64,000 nt of DNA from a virus (taxonomy: Duplodnaviria > Heunggongvirae > Uroviricota > Caudoviricetes). This document shows positions 29,065 through 38,755 of the stretch, one piece after another. Location of the stretch: IMG/VR virus record IMGVR_UViG_2939127364_000001, one strand, 5' to 3'. The notes beneath the pieces were generated by a model, which saw only the letters and a list, made by a program, of their open reading frames with translations, ran no database searches and was not told the origin of the DNA. Numbering within the stretch: position 1 is the stretch's first letter; every line of letters starts with the position of its first letter. The translations under genes were made by a program, and so were the position numbers.

Positions 29065-29498
29065 TACTCACCGCCTTGTGCTTTCAGGATGCCTTCAATC
29101 ATCTCGACAATTCCTTTCGCTTTGACACCAACCTGATTACCAATCACACGTAGACCGGCAATGCCTTCATTGTCTGCAATTGACTCCAACTCTTCTCGTG
29201 TGAAAGTCTGGATCTGTTTGGCCGGTTCATCTGGTGTCCCACGTTTCATTGGCACAATGTCAGGTGCTGCTGGCTCGGTAATCAGGTCTGCGGTCAACTC
29301 GCCACGATCACTGTATGCGGCAGACGGAGAAACATTTTTGCCCTCGACTGTTGATGCTCGCATTGAGGCACAAATCCTTTGCTGATCGATAAAAGGCAAC
29401 TCCGCTACGGACACCCCGTTCTCGAACTGAACGCCGCACAACATTCCCGAATAACCGGAAAATTGCGGTTCTAATAAAACAATTTTTGCTGGTTTCAT
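29064..29498 (-). CDS. Hypothetical structural protein
   Basis: 144 aa; 1-nt overlap with the downstream gene. Confidence 0.45.
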   Translation of the reverse strand: MKPAKIVLLEPQFSGYSGMLCGVQFENGVSVAELPFIDQQRICASMRASTVEGKNVSPSAAYSDRGELTADLITEPAAPDIVPMKRGTPDEPAKQIQTFTREELESIADNEGIAGLRVIGNQVGVKAKGIVEMIEGILKAQGGE

Positions 29499-29542
29499 AA
29501 CGCATTCTCTCTACATGGGCGGCTTTCGCCGCCCAATATTGA

Positions 29543-30463
29543 TTATTCCTGTGCAGCAGTGACTTCTACGGTCGCTGTCGCTTTGTGGCTACCATCTTGG
29601 GTAGTAACCTCGATTGTGGCAGTACCAGCCGCAACGCCAGTTACAACACCGGTTTCGCTATCCACCGTTGCAAACTCGGTATTTTTGGATTCCCAAGTAA
29701 CGGTTTTATTTGTTGCTCCTGCCGGCTCGACATTTGCGGTCAGCTGAACAGTTTTGTTTGCCTCAACGGTTGTGCTATTTGGGTCGATTTCGACGCCGGT
29801 AACAGCCACAACAGGCGCAGTTACTTCCACCGTTGCAGTTCCCTTTTTGCTGCCATCTTGGGAAACGATCTCAATCGTCGCAGTGCCAACTTCTACACCA
29901 GTAACGTTCCCGCTCTGGTCCACCGTTGCCTTGTCTTCATTTTTGGAAGACCAGGTAACTGCCTTATTCGTCGCATTTGACGGCTGAACATTCGCTTTCA
30001 GACTGACTGATTTCCCTTTCTCAACAGAGGTTGAGTCTGGCGTTACCGTTACGGATTGAACGGCTACCGGATTTACGGTGACTTCCACTGACGCGGAAAG
30101 CTGGGTCTCCTGATCAGTTGCGGTAATTTTCACTTTGCCTGGTGCTACGCCAGTTACTAATCCAGTGCCGTTGACGGTTGCAATTTGATCATTGGCTGAC
30201 TTCCAGGTGAATGAACTGGCACTCTTACCCATAGTAATACCTGCACTAAGTTGAACAGTTTTCCCAACCAAAACTGATGGTGAAGCCGGAGTTATGTTTA
30301 CGGATTGGGAGAAGGGAACCGCCTGCAAACAAGCAGATAGCTGACTTTGTTGCCGCTCGGTTAAAGGTTCATCGGAGATAGAATTGGTAAATCCGGCGCG
30401 GCACATATGCCCCGTAAAATCCGAAAATGCCTCTTCCGTAATCTTCATCTTTTGTTCTGGCAT
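29543..30463 (-). CDS. Ig-like domain head decoration / accessory protein
   Basis: 306 aa; three tandem ~80-aa repeats (VTxxxxTxxVxKxxxLxAxV...WSS...ATVD..G.VTG) typical of Ig-like domains; directly downstream of the capsid gene. Confidence 0.6.
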   Translation of the reverse strand: MPEQKMKITEEAFSDFTGHMCRAGFTNSISDEPLTERQQSQLSACLQAVPFSQSVNITPASPSVLVGKTVQLSAGITMGKSASSFTWKSANDQIATVNGTGLVTGVAPGKVKITATDQETQLSASVEVTVNPVAVQSVTVTPDSTSVEKGKSVSLKANVQPSNATNKAVTWSSKNEDKATVDQSGNVTGVEVGTATIEIVSQDGSKKGTATVEVTAPVVAVTGVEIDPNSTTVEANKTVQLTANVEPAGATNKTVTWESKNTEFATVDSETGVVTGVAAGTATIEVTTQDGSHKATATVEVTAAQE

Positions 30464-30473
30464 TTCTCGCTCC

Positions 30474-30505
30474 TACAAAAAGGGTGGGCGTATAGCCCAC
30501 CCTTT
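30474..30505 (-). terminator. Rho-independent terminator after major capsid gene (probably leaky)
   Basis: aagggtgggc-tatac-gcccaccctt followed by TTTTTG in - sense; the next gene's SD and ATG follow immediately. Confidence 0.55.
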
Positions 30506-30510
30506 AACAT

Positions 30511-30526
30511 AGATAATTACTTATCT
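30511..30526. promoter_or_regulatory. Motif B-like palindrome between capsid stop and terminator
   Basis: agataattacttatct. Confidence 0.3.
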
Positions 30527-30536
30527 ACTGCACTGA

Positions 30537-31412
30537 TTAAATTTTTACATTGGTCAGTGCAGCGATAGCCTTATCGTGCTTATTCGCCAGAGAGCAGTAC
30601 CACTTCACACGGGTACGTACTGCGTCTTTGTTCTGTACAGTGCCAATGTTTTCAACAACGATACCTGCGTTGTCGCCGCCATACAGACCAGTAACGCCGT
30701 TCTCTTCTGACAGATGCAGGCAGTAGATGCTTGCTTTGCCAGAATCGGTCGGGATGAAGTCGTTGATGATGAACGGAACGCCGTTATGACACAGCATCGG
30801 ACGACCGAAGTTCTCCATCATGATTTCAGACGGGCCTACGTTTACTGTACGCAGCAGCGCACGGTAAGCACGCAGGTGCTCTGAACGCATCATGATGCAG
30901 TCAGCACCAAGATCTTTCACCGCATCGACCAGTTCGTCGAACATAGAGAAAGTCATAGATGCACCGGCGATATCGATCTTCTGATCTGCGTGCATCAGGC
31001 GTGGAATGCCGTCAAACGCCTTGTTGTTGGAGCTGGAGTCACCCAAAATCAGGTTGCGACGGAACGCACGAGCCAGACCTTTAACTTTCTGACGAACCTG
31101 AATAGCCAACTGGTTGTTGGTGTCGGCCATAGTGGTCGCCAGGAATTTATCAACGTCTACGTCACCAGCCAGAATACGCAGTTTCGCAACGCATTCTTCG
31201 AAGGTTGCTGCACCTTCAGGGATGGTGTCGTTAACGTCGATGAAGGTAGCTTCACTCAGCGTTTTTTCACGGTTGTACAGATATGCCTTTGAATTAATTT
31301 TCATAAAAGGCAGGATGGCAAACAGGTCATCGCGATCAATGATAGTTTCGATCACACCCTGTTCGAGTTCGTTGTTAGACAGCTTTTCAGCTTCTTCACG
31401 CAGTAATGGCAT
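30537..31412 (-). CDS. Major capsid protein (candidate)
   Basis: 291 aa, follows the scaffold-like gene and precedes a terminator; size and context. Confidence 0.6.
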   Translation of the reverse strand: MPLLREEAEKLSNNELEQGVIETIIDRDDLFAILPFMKINSKAYLYNREKTLSEATFIDVNDTIPEGAATFEECVAKLRILAGDVDVDKFLATTMADTNNQLAIQVRQKVKGLARAFRRNLILGDSSSNNKAFDGIPRLMHADQKIDIAGASMTFSMFDELVDAVKDLGADCIMMRSEHLRAYRALLRTVNVGPSEIMMENFGRPMLCHNGVPFIINDFIPTDSGKASIYCLHLSEENGVTGLYGGDNAGIVVENIGTVQNKDAVRTRVKWYCSLANKHDKAIAALTNVKI

Positions 31413-31437
31413 CTATCAATTCCCTTTGATTTAGATG

Positions 31438-32325
31438 TTACTTAAGTCCAATTTTCCCCAGACCGGAGGCCAACTTATCCATAGTCGACTTGTTCTTCGG
31501 TTGGGATATTGTGTAGGTCGATTTGGAATGTGAGCCTACACCCTGCTTGGCTTCGCTACGCATCAATGCGTCAGCTTCCGGATCTGCCCGCACAATGCGT
31601 TCAATCGCGGATTCAAACGGCAACGGCTTACCTTCACCGTCAACCAGAACAGTTCGTTCTTTATGACCTGCCGGTTTGTCATAACCCACTACGCTACCGT
31701 CTTCACCCACTTCAAAATGAGAACCGTAGATCACGCGGGCTTTTGCCGGAGTCATCAGAACTTTGTCACGTAGGAAGAGAGAGTTACTGAAGGAAGCGCC
31801 CACGGTCATCTCGACTAATTGAGATTTCAGTGATGCGTTTTCACTTTCCAGTGCTGCATAACGTTCGTCACGCTGTGCCAGCTCTGCCTGGTGTGCTTCG
31901 ATCATCTGTTTTTTAACAGCATCGAACTCACCACGACGCTCCAGTTCAGCTTGCTCCGCCTCACGACGTGCGTTTTCTGCGGCCTGTTCAGCTTCTAAAA
32001 GCTGGCGAGCACGCGCCGGGTCGATGTCACCGTACTGAGCAAGCTGATCGGTCAATGTGCGCTCTTTCTCTTTGCGCTTCATGTTCTCTTTCAGCAGTTC
32101 AGCACCAGCTTTCTTGGTTTTGCGAAGTTCGGCCAGTAACTCTTCATGAGTCATGCCAGCGTATTCGTCATCACCCTTCGGCTGCTCTTTTTGTTCACCC
32201 TGTTTGTCAGGATCTTGTGTACTCTGCTCATTATCAGCAGCTACACCGCCAGCGCCTCCACGCTCATGCGCTTCAGCAACATCCATCAGACCACGACGGG
32301 CCAAAAGCATTTGCCACAGTTGCAT
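31438..32325 (-). CDS. Scaffold protein (candidate)
   Basis: 295 aa, highly charged coiled-coil (...ELLKENMKRKEKERTLTDQLAQ...AEQAAENARREAEQAELERR...), between portal and capsid genes. Confidence 0.55.
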   Translation of the reverse strand: MQLWQMLLARRGLMDVAEAHERGGAGGVAADNEQSTQDPDKQGEQKEQPKGDDEYAGMTHEELLAELRKTKKAGAELLKENMKRKEKERTLTDQLAQYGDIDPARARQLLEAEQAAENARREAEQAELERRGEFDAVKKQMIEAHQAELAQRDERYAALESENASLKSQLVEMTVGASFSNSLFLRDKVLMTPAKARVIYGSHFEVGEDGSVVGYDKPAGHKERTVLVDGEGKPLPFESAIERIVRADPEADALMRSEAKQGVGSHSKSTYTISQPKNKSTMDKLASGLGKIGLK

Positions 32326-32346
32326 AAAAATTCCCTTTGTTACTTA

Positions 32347-33921
32347 TCACTCGTTCTCTTGAGTAGATGAGTCCCCATTCCCTCGGGGTTGATCTTGCCC
32401 GCTTTCTTGGGCTGCACCTTGATCATAAGTAAGCACTGACTTATTTTCAAGGGTATTTAGATCATTTTTTGGCGGAAAATTCAAGAGATCTTTATCAAAT
32501 TCCTTTTTCATCGCCTCAGTAATGTTCGGGAAAATCTTCTCAATAAGCATTTCCATCTGGTGACGACGTACAGAGTCCGGTGCCTGAAGTAATGACAGTT
32601 TCTCGGCAACAGAAAATTCATCTGTAAGGCCACGAATATCGAAACTTTCTGGATACGCAATTAAAGAGTGGTCTTCGTCCAGATCTGCCCCCATCCATTT
32701 CGCAACCAGTAGCATGATTTGGCGTTCAGCCCTTTCCAGACGCTCTGCTTTTGTGACAAGCAAGCTATTTACACGCTGGAAGTCATACATTTTTGCGGCA
32801 CCAGATGAATTATCGATTCCCTGTGCGTTGTCCTGCTTCGTTCGCTCACCAGCTACACCAACTGAATGGTAGATTTCGTTAATCACCGTCTTAATCGTAG
32901 TGATGATCATCTGAGCTTGTTTCGGGTCTGGTGACAGATAAAACGGCTGGTTTCCACCTTCAGAATCGTAGGTGAAGACTCGCTTTGTGCCCATTTCAAG
33001 CACTTTAGTGTGGTTTTCATCACCAGGTAAAAGCGACTGTACCGGTATAGCCAACTGGCTAAATGTCTGATCCTGAATAATGGCATCAAGGTTTGACAGA
33101 TAGTTTGCAACCGCACGATCAAGATAAGCGATATCATCGATCAACGATGGGCTGAAATACGGTGATTCACTTTCTCCAATACAATCAACAGGAAACACAG
33201 GAACTACGCCGAGATTATGCTCACCGCTATCCTCTAAAATAACTTTTGCCTGACGGCGACCTGCTCCACCAGCGCCCTTCTTCACTTCCTCACGGAACAG
33301 ATACCACTCGTTTTGTGTCCACAGACGATAACGTTGGTATTCCTGACCTGTAGAAGTAAAAGGATCTGCGTCATCACGAGCGACTTCCACAATTAACGCC
33401 CACAACATATTCCCGTCGTCGTCCCATGCCACATCCAGCATTTGCTGAGGTGAAATCCAGTAGGCGTAGGCGCGAGCATCTTTCTTTTTCTCGTCAGCTA
33501 CTGACTCAACATCACCACTCATCGTGCTATCGACAACAACCCATATGCGACCGTAAATAGACGACTGCAAATCAATAGCGGCCATAAATGAGTCAATAGA
33601 GGCATTCTGGCGAGTCGCACGTTTCCAGAAATTGCGGATCTGCTCTGGTGCCTCTTCGATATTTCTATGAATGTCTTCTTTAAAGAGATATTTGTTGATG
33701 AGGTTTACCACCTCACGAGTGTGGTTGAAGCGATAAGCACGTTCAACTCGCTCCTTAAACTCCTGATCTCCCTCTTTAAAGTAACGAAAGATATTGTCTG
33801 TAAACCAACCACGCCCGCCAGCGTAAGTGCTGGCGAGGAAGTCCCAATGTTCTTTTTTCTTTTCGTATTCCGGGTGGCGTCGCGCCACCAGATCCTTAAT
33901 TTGTTTGTCGTTCAATTCCAT
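32347..33921 (-). CDS. Portal protein
   Basis: 524 aa, immediately downstream of the large terminase. Confidence 0.75.
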   Translation of the reverse strand: MELNDKQIKDLVARRHPEYEKKKEHWDFLASTYAGGRGWFTDNIFRYFKEGDQEFKERVERAYRFNHTREVVNLINKYLFKEDIHRNIEEAPEQIRNFWKRATRQNASIDSFMAAIDLQSSIYGRIWVVVDSTMSGDVESVADEKKKDARAYAYWISPQQMLDVAWDDDGNMLWALIVEVARDDADPFTSTGQEYQRYRLWTQNEWYLFREEVKKGAGGAGRRQAKVILEDSGEHNLGVVPVFPVDCIGESESPYFSPSLIDDIAYLDRAVANYLSNLDAIIQDQTFSQLAIPVQSLLPGDENHTKVLEMGTKRVFTYDSEGGNQPFYLSPDPKQAQMIITTIKTVINEIYHSVGVAGERTKQDNAQGIDNSSGAAKMYDFQRVNSLLVTKAERLERAERQIMLLVAKWMGADLDEDHSLIAYPESFDIRGLTDEFSVAEKLSLLQAPDSVRRHQMEMLIEKIFPNITEAMKKEFDKDLLNFPPKNDLNTLENKSVLTYDQGAAQESGQDQPRGNGDSSTQENE

Positions 33922-33932
33922 TTGAATAACCT

Positions 33933-33952
33933 TAGATAATTACTTACCTATC
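33933..33952. promoter_or_regulatory. Motif B-like site at the terminase/portal junction
   Basis: tagataattacttacctatc, overlapping the terL stop and the portal SD. Confidence 0.3.
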
Positions 33953-35204
33953 GAGAACCACCAAGAATAACACGGTTTTTGACTGGATACCTACGATGTA
34001 CTGGATAGCCCAATGCGTCTGCACTATGCTCAATGCCACCTGTCTTATCCATATCTCGTGTTCCAGGCTTGTAGATGACTTTTTCCAGTGAATCAATCAA
34101 ATGCTTGCACTTCGGATCGATATACAGCCGGATATCTCCAGATGCGGTCATCAGCATTCGGTTAACAGCATTAACACGATCCGCAATTGGCGGGTGCTTT
34201 TTCGAATAATCGACACGTAAGAATCCCTTCTCTTTGAATATGTCGACGTCAGACTCCCCGCGAGCATGTTGGCGATAAGCACCTGCCGGATCTGGAAATA
34301 CCGTTATCTGTGATTTCCAGCGCCAGAAGCGTCTCTCAAGCTCATCACAAACCTCTGCCGTGTTAGAGGAAAAGAGCACCAATTCATCAATTGCCCATAG
34401 CTCACCATTTGGCTGAGGTTGCAAAATTACTGAAGACATCGGGTCAATGTTGAAGTCCTGCCCTACCCATATAGGCAACCGAGGGTTGAACTGAAGCGGT
34501 TTTACATGCACGTTACGATCGAACGGGTAGTAAACGCGCCCGGACATGTTCTCAAAGCTCGCCAGGTACTCCTGAGCGAACGATTTCGGGTCCATATCGT
34601 TCTTAGCAGCTTCAATTTCCGCCGTAGGTACAAACGGAGAATCGGCAGTTACAAACTGCCAGCTCTTCCACTGTCCCTTTCTTTGCAGCTCTACGTTCTG
34701 GCCTATCGTCCACAGTTTGTGAAATTCCGAGAAGCCTTTTGGCGTACCAATGATCAGTGCACCGCCGCGTGTCGATGAAAGAGTAGGTCGTAACACCTTG
34801 TACCAGGTGTCAGCCTTCATATCCTGAAATTCATCAAGCACTACAAAATGCAACGCTACGCCGCGCAGAGTGTCAGGCTTATCAGCACCTTTGAGGGCGA
34901 TCTCCGAACCGTTCTTCAACACGATTGTCATCGTGGTGTCGTTCTTTTTCCTAACCCACTTACGAGGCAGAACTTCCTGTAGATCGTCCCACAAAATCTG
35001 GCGAGCCATCTGGTAAGTAGGAGCGACATACCAGACCCTTTGCTTTTTTTCCTTTGCCGCCGCACGAATAATAGTGGAGATCGACAACCGGGATTTTCCC
35101 CAGCGTCGACCAGCACAAACAACTTTAAATCGATGCGGAGACTGGAAGACTTTCATCTGTCCAGAATGCAGTTGCACAAGACTGAGCGAGGACGGGATTG
35201 CCAT
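33948..35204 (-). CDS. Terminase large subunit
   Basis: 418 aa; N-terminal Walker A VVCAGRRWGKS; C-terminal acidic nuclease-like region. Confidence 0.85.
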   Translation of the reverse strand: MAIPSSLSLVQLHSGQMKVFQSPHRFKVVCAGRRWGKSRLSISTIIRAAAKEKKQRVWYVAPTYQMARQILWDDLQEVLPRKWVRKKNDTTMTIVLKNGSEIALKGADKPDTLRGVALHFVVLDEFQDMKADTWYKVLRPTLSSTRGGALIIGTPKGFSEFHKLWTIGQNVELQRKGQWKSWQFVTADSPFVPTAEIEAAKNDMDPKSFAQEYLASFENMSGRVYYPFDRNVHVKPLQFNPRLPIWVGQDFNIDPMSSVILQPQPNGELWAIDELVLFSSNTAEVCDELERRFWRWKSQITVFPDPAGAYRQHARGESDVDIFKEKGFLRVDYSKKHPPIADRVNAVNRMLMTASGDIRLYIDPKCKHLIDSLEKVIYKPGTRDMDKTGGIEHSADALGYPVHRRYPVKNRVILGGSR

Positions 35205-35836
35205 TATTCGTCCTCCCCTTCACTTCCATCATCTGTCGCATCAAATTCGCTTAGAGCTTCTTCTTCCAACGTCTCAAGCAATTCGTCATCGATGATTTCA
35301 GGCTCGTCGTCTTCCTGACGTAATTTCGCCACCTGGGAAGGCGTAAGCTCACCAAATACCAGGTTCGGAATTTCTTCCTCGTCATTTTCCGCATGATCCA
35401 TGCCCAATGCTTTGGACGAAACTTCAAAGCATTTTGCAAGGGTATTACTGGCTCTCTGTAAGCTCTTGAGAGAATCCTCAATCGCCCCTAAAGGCTTACC
35501 CTCACGTTTGGCCGTAGTGACTTCGACCATCACCATCTGCCCCAACGCATACGCCCAGCCGTCATAACGTGTACGACGTTCTTCTATCTTTTCCGCACGG
35601 GCTTTAGCGCGAAGCTCTGCGTCAGATTTAAGAGACTCACGAACCATCTTCCCAACAGAGTCCGCGCCTTTCTCTAATCCTCGCTTTTTGAAATGTCTGG
35701 AGAGTGTTTCACGACGAATGCCGTACTCTTCCTCCAGCTTTGAGAGTGTATATTCGCCTGACGTCCATTTGGCTTCAGCTTCGGCCCACTCCGCTGGTGT
35801 CAGGCGAGTTTTTACCTCGTCTTTTTCGACCGTCAT
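35204..35836 (-). CDS. Terminase small subunit (candidate)
   Basis: 210 aa; N-terminal HTH-like YTLSKLEEEYGIRRETLSRHFKKRG, highly acidic C-terminus; overlaps terL by 1 nt. Confidence 0.55.
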   Translation of the reverse strand: MTVEKDEVKTRLTPAEWAEAEAKWTSGEYTLSKLEEEYGIRRETLSRHFKKRGLEKGADSVGKMVRESLKSDAELRAKARAEKIEERRTRYDGWAYALGQMVMVEVTTAKREGKPLGAIEDSLKSLQRASNTLAKCFEVSSKALGMDHAENDEEEIPNLVFGELTPSQVAKLRQEDDEPEIIDDELLETLEEEALSEFDATDDGSEGEDE

Positions 35837-35876
35837 AGATCCCTCTAAAACACACAGAGCGCGTCCATGCGCTCTA

Positions 35877-35917
35877 AAACAACTTGTTTACTGCATCTGC
35901 TAACCAACTTGTTTTCT
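35877..35917. promoter_or_regulatory. Two copies of motif A upstream of terS
   Basis: aaaacaacttgttta and aaccaacttgttttct; adjacent hairpin agagcgc-gtccat-gcgctct. Confidence 0.4.
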
Positions 35918-35950
35918 AGGTTGTTTAATTAGGTCTGGGCATGTCTTATT

Positions 35951-36013
35951 AAGCCTGCTTCCGTATATATTTAATAAGTTACTTATTATTTATATATACA
36001 GAAGCAGGTCTTT
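35951..36013. repeat. Palindromic AT-rich element, copy 2
   Basis: 35954..36003 identical to 3315..3364; flanked by a perfect 8-bp inverted repeat cctgcttc / gaagcagg. Confidence 0.6.
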
Positions 36014-36032
36014 AAATAAGCTCCCAGACCGA

Positions 36033-36299
36033 TTACATCACCAGTAACTTCGCTTTGGCTCGACCTAAAGTGGTTAACCCAAGAGTTCGGCGGTGATAGC
36101 GATTGTCACTGCGTTGGCGCGTATGCCCTTTCTCCACCAGCCCCTTTTTTATCAGAGCGCGAATTGAGAACTGGATACTTTGCTTGGTTGTCTTGTACGG
36201 CAAAACTTCAAGCAATTCGTCCAGATCAAGTAAATGACCTCGCTCATAACCGAGATTGAGCGTTTTGATAATGTCCTTTTGTTTATCGGTTAACGTCAT
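36033..36299 (-). CDS. Small winged-helix-like DNA-binding protein (hypothetical)
   Basis: 88 aa, basic C-terminus; 10 nt downstream of the GNAT-like gene. Confidence 0.4.
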   Translation of the reverse strand: MTLTDKQKDIIKTLNLGYERGHLLDLDELLEVLPYKTTKQSIQFSIRALIKKGLVEKGHTRQRSDNRYHRRTLGLTTLGRAKAKLLVM

Positions 36300-36308
36300 G
36301 GCAAATCC

Positions 36309-37208
36309 TTATGCCGGTAAAGCAATTTCTAACGGTTTATCCAAAGGTTGTTTGTCGAATGCCAGCAGTGGCAGCGTGTCAGGCAGCCGACGACCAAAGT
36401 CAGGGTTTCGGTACACACCATACAACGGAGACGTAAAGCTCAGGTTGTGAATGTCCTTGAGCAGCTTCACAATGCTGGCCTCGTCCACCAGACTGTCGGC
36501 AATGTCCTGAATCGTCGTGCCACGATTCCGCCCAGCTTTTGCCAGGGAACTGTTCTTGTGGTAGTCCGCTACCAGATCACGCAGTGCACGGCGACGACGA
36601 GACTCGCTCATTGCGAACAACTCTTTGACGATCGCCTCGTTATCACCCGGGTCGGAACGGAAATGGCGCTGGAATACACGCAGTGCACTTTCATAGCTCT
36701 TCGGTCGCTCAGGGCGGATGAACTTAAACCCTGCTTTCATGGCGAAGGGATTGTATTTGCTCATCGAGGACTGGATCTCAATGATTGGCCGGTCGTGCAT
36801 CCTGCTAACCAGGTTAATCATTCGATAGGAGACGCCGACACCGCGGTACTGAGTGTCCACAACGGAACGGCTGATCACCGCAAAGTTGTTGTTCACGTAC
36901 CGCCCCCAATACTGGTTGGCCACGGTGGTATTGGTGGTTGGCTTCAGCTTAGGAAACATGCGATGGCGAGGCGCCAGCAGCAGTTTCGGGTAAGCCATAA
37001 CCACGACGCCCACCAGCCGGTCGTCCAGTTCGCAGCGATAATACGTTGGCGCAAACGGCTTACCATCCGTCTTGTAGTGCAGCGACTTCAGCGCGTGCCA
37101 GTCTTCAACCGTGCCTTTGGTAACGGTCATACGCTCCAGAAAGTCCAGATGACGCGGGAACTCTTCCGGGCGGTAGCGTTTGATGATGATGCCTGTCATG
37201 TCGATCAC
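36309..37208 (-). CDS. GNAT-domain protein with C-terminal extension (hypothetical)
   Basis: 299 aa; GNAT motif-A-like VVDTQYRGVGVSYRMINLV and motif-B-like NPFAMKAGFKF; 4-nt overlap with the upstream 84-aa gene. Confidence 0.5.
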   Translation of the reverse strand: MIDMTGIIIKRYRPEEFPRHLDFLERMTVTKGTVEDWHALKSLHYKTDGKPFAPTYYRCELDDRLVGVVVMAYPKLLLAPRHRMFPKLKPTTNTTVANQYWGRYVNNNFAVISRSVVDTQYRGVGVSYRMINLVSRMHDRPIIEIQSSMSKYNPFAMKAGFKFIRPERPKSYESALRVFQRHFRSDPGDNEAIVKELFAMSESRRRRALRDLVADYHKNSSLAKAGRNRGTTIQDIADSLVDEASIVKLLKDIHNLSFTSPLYGVYRNPDFGRRLPDTLPLLAFDKQPLDKPLEIALPA

Positions 37209-37459
37209 CTACGCTCGATATTGGCATTGATGAAGTCCAGGCGAAGCGATTCCATCGCCCCAACCATGACGTATGGACGCCCACCGTTATGCCAGCAATC
37301 CAGCACACTGCCGTCGTTGTTGATCATCAGCAGTGCCAGGCTCTGGCTTTTGCCTTCTCTGGCGTACTGGAGTGCTTCTTCCAGCAGGCGGATGACTTCA
37401 ACGTTGTTGTTGTCAGCCTCTTTCGATGGCTTCAGCTCTACGATCTTCAAATCAGGCAT
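37205..37459 (-). CDS. Small hypothetical protein (operon member)
   Basis: 84 aa; overlaps both neighbours (translational coupling). Confidence 0.4.
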   Translation of the reverse strand: MPDLKIVELKPSKEADNNNVEVIRLLEEALQYAREGKSQSLALLMINNDGSVLDCWHNGGRPYVMVGAMESLRLDFINANIERR

Positions 37460-38090
37460 ATTCCACCTTCACGCGTTCTTTGTAGTGCTTGGTGATCTGC
37501 ATATCCGGGCGCAGCGCGTTCTTCAGGTCTTCGTGAGTCGTCGCCACCATTACCGTCGCACCAACCTTTCGAGCGGCACGCTGGAGGTTAGATGCCACAA
37601 CCTGAGCGGTTACACGGTCGAGAACAGCGCCGAACTCGTCAGCAGCCCACACTTTAGCGCCTGACTCAATCAGTTTGGCAATCTTGAGACGATATTTCTG
37701 ACCGTCTGACATTTCAGAAGGCTTGCGAACAAACAGATATGCATCGTTCAGACCAGCCATAGATAACAACCCAAGCGCATCACTGGTAGTTTTGCCCAGT
37801 TGGTCAATGACGTTAACCTCATTATCGAAGGTAAAATCATCGATGGAGGCTACAGACAGCCCTTCATCCTTCATCTGTCGTTGCAACTCGCGCAGCACAA
37901 CGGATTTGCCGGATCCGGATTGGCCGGTGATGTACACCACATCGCCCTGCTTCACTTCCAGCTCCAGATTGTCGTAAAGCGTCCACTCTTTTTCGTCCAG
38001 ACCAAGCCCGAACGACTCAGCGATTTCCAACGTGCGCGTGGTTTTATTTACGCGTGTCTGAAACGATACGTTGATGATGTATTTGCTCAT
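37452..38090 (-). CDS. Small ABC-type ATPase (nucleotide-binding domain only)
   Basis: 212 aa; Walker A GQSGSGKS, signature-like SDGQKYR, Walker B VWAADEFG, H-loop TTHE. Confidence 0.6.
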   Translation of the reverse strand: MSKYIINVSFQTRVNKTTRTLEIAESFGLGLDEKEWTLYDNLELEVKQGDVVYITGQSGSGKSVVLRELQRQMKDEGLSVASIDDFTFDNEVNVIDQLGKTTSDALGLLSMAGLNDAYLFVRKPSEMSDGQKYRLKIAKLIESGAKVWAADEFGAVLDRVTAQVVASNLQRAARKVGATVMVATTHEDLKNALRPDMQITKHYKERVKVEYA

Positions 38091-38755
38091 GCAGCCATCT
38101 CCCCGGAAGAGATCTTCTCCGCATATGCCACAAATGCGTCTACCCCGCTTTCTCCTGTCATTTCTTCCATGTGGGCAAGCAAATCACCAACAACAATGGC
38201 AGAGCCAGCAGGGAGCGTTTTAAAGCCCAATACGTCGACAACACGTACTTCTTCCGCTGCAACTTCACGACTGATCTCGGTGTGTTCATCCTTCTGTCGT
38301 TTAGTTTCTTCGCCAAGATCGATAACTAGCGAGTCGGTGTCCATTTCTTCTGTCATGCTGCCAACGAGAACATTCAACTCACGCTCTTCAAAGCCGAAAA
38401 CCTCGATATCGTCCAGAACAAGCGACTCAAGCTCTTTTTGTAGCTTAATTGCATCGTAATCAATGCTGGCAAGTCGGTTATCTTCAAGACGCTTCGCACG
38501 AACCTCGTCATCACTGAGATCATCGCGAACAATAACCGGTACGCGCTCAAGTCCAGCAAAAATTGCAGCCTCACGGCGGCCGTGGCCAGTAATAATTACG
38601 TCGTTCTTATCGACCGTAATTGGCTGGTCAAATCCGCGCTTTTTAATGGCTGCGGCCAGATCTCGGATCTGCTGTTCATCATGCTTTTTGGCATTCATCT
38701 CATAGGGAATAAGATCTGCCGGGTCGCGATATACGATTTCAAACTTTTTGGTCAT
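38087..38755 (-). CDS. ParB N-terminal-domain protein 2
   Basis: ParB-type box ...ITGHGRREAA...ERVPVIV; start placed at ATG 38755, which overlaps the upstream stop as TAATG (the track ORF extends to 38788). Confidence 0.6.
   Translation of the reverse strand: MTKKFEIVYRDPADLIPYEMNAKKHDEQQIRDLAAAIKKRGFDQPITVDKNDVIITGHGRREAAIFAGLERVPVIVRDDLSDDEVRAKRLEDNRLASIDYDAIKLQKELESLVLDDIEVFGFEERELNVLVGSMTEEMDTDSLVIDLGEETKRQKDEHTEISREVAAEEVRVVDVLGFKTLPAGSAIVVGDLLAHMEEMTGESGVDAFVAYAEKISSGEMAA

Noticed and set aside
36348-37664. 438-aa + strand ORF spanning the GNAT-like, 84-aa and ABC ATPase genes
   Set aside because: It is antisense to three translationally coupled - strand genes that carry recognisable motifs, is Arg/His/Gln-rich, and has no motif of its own.
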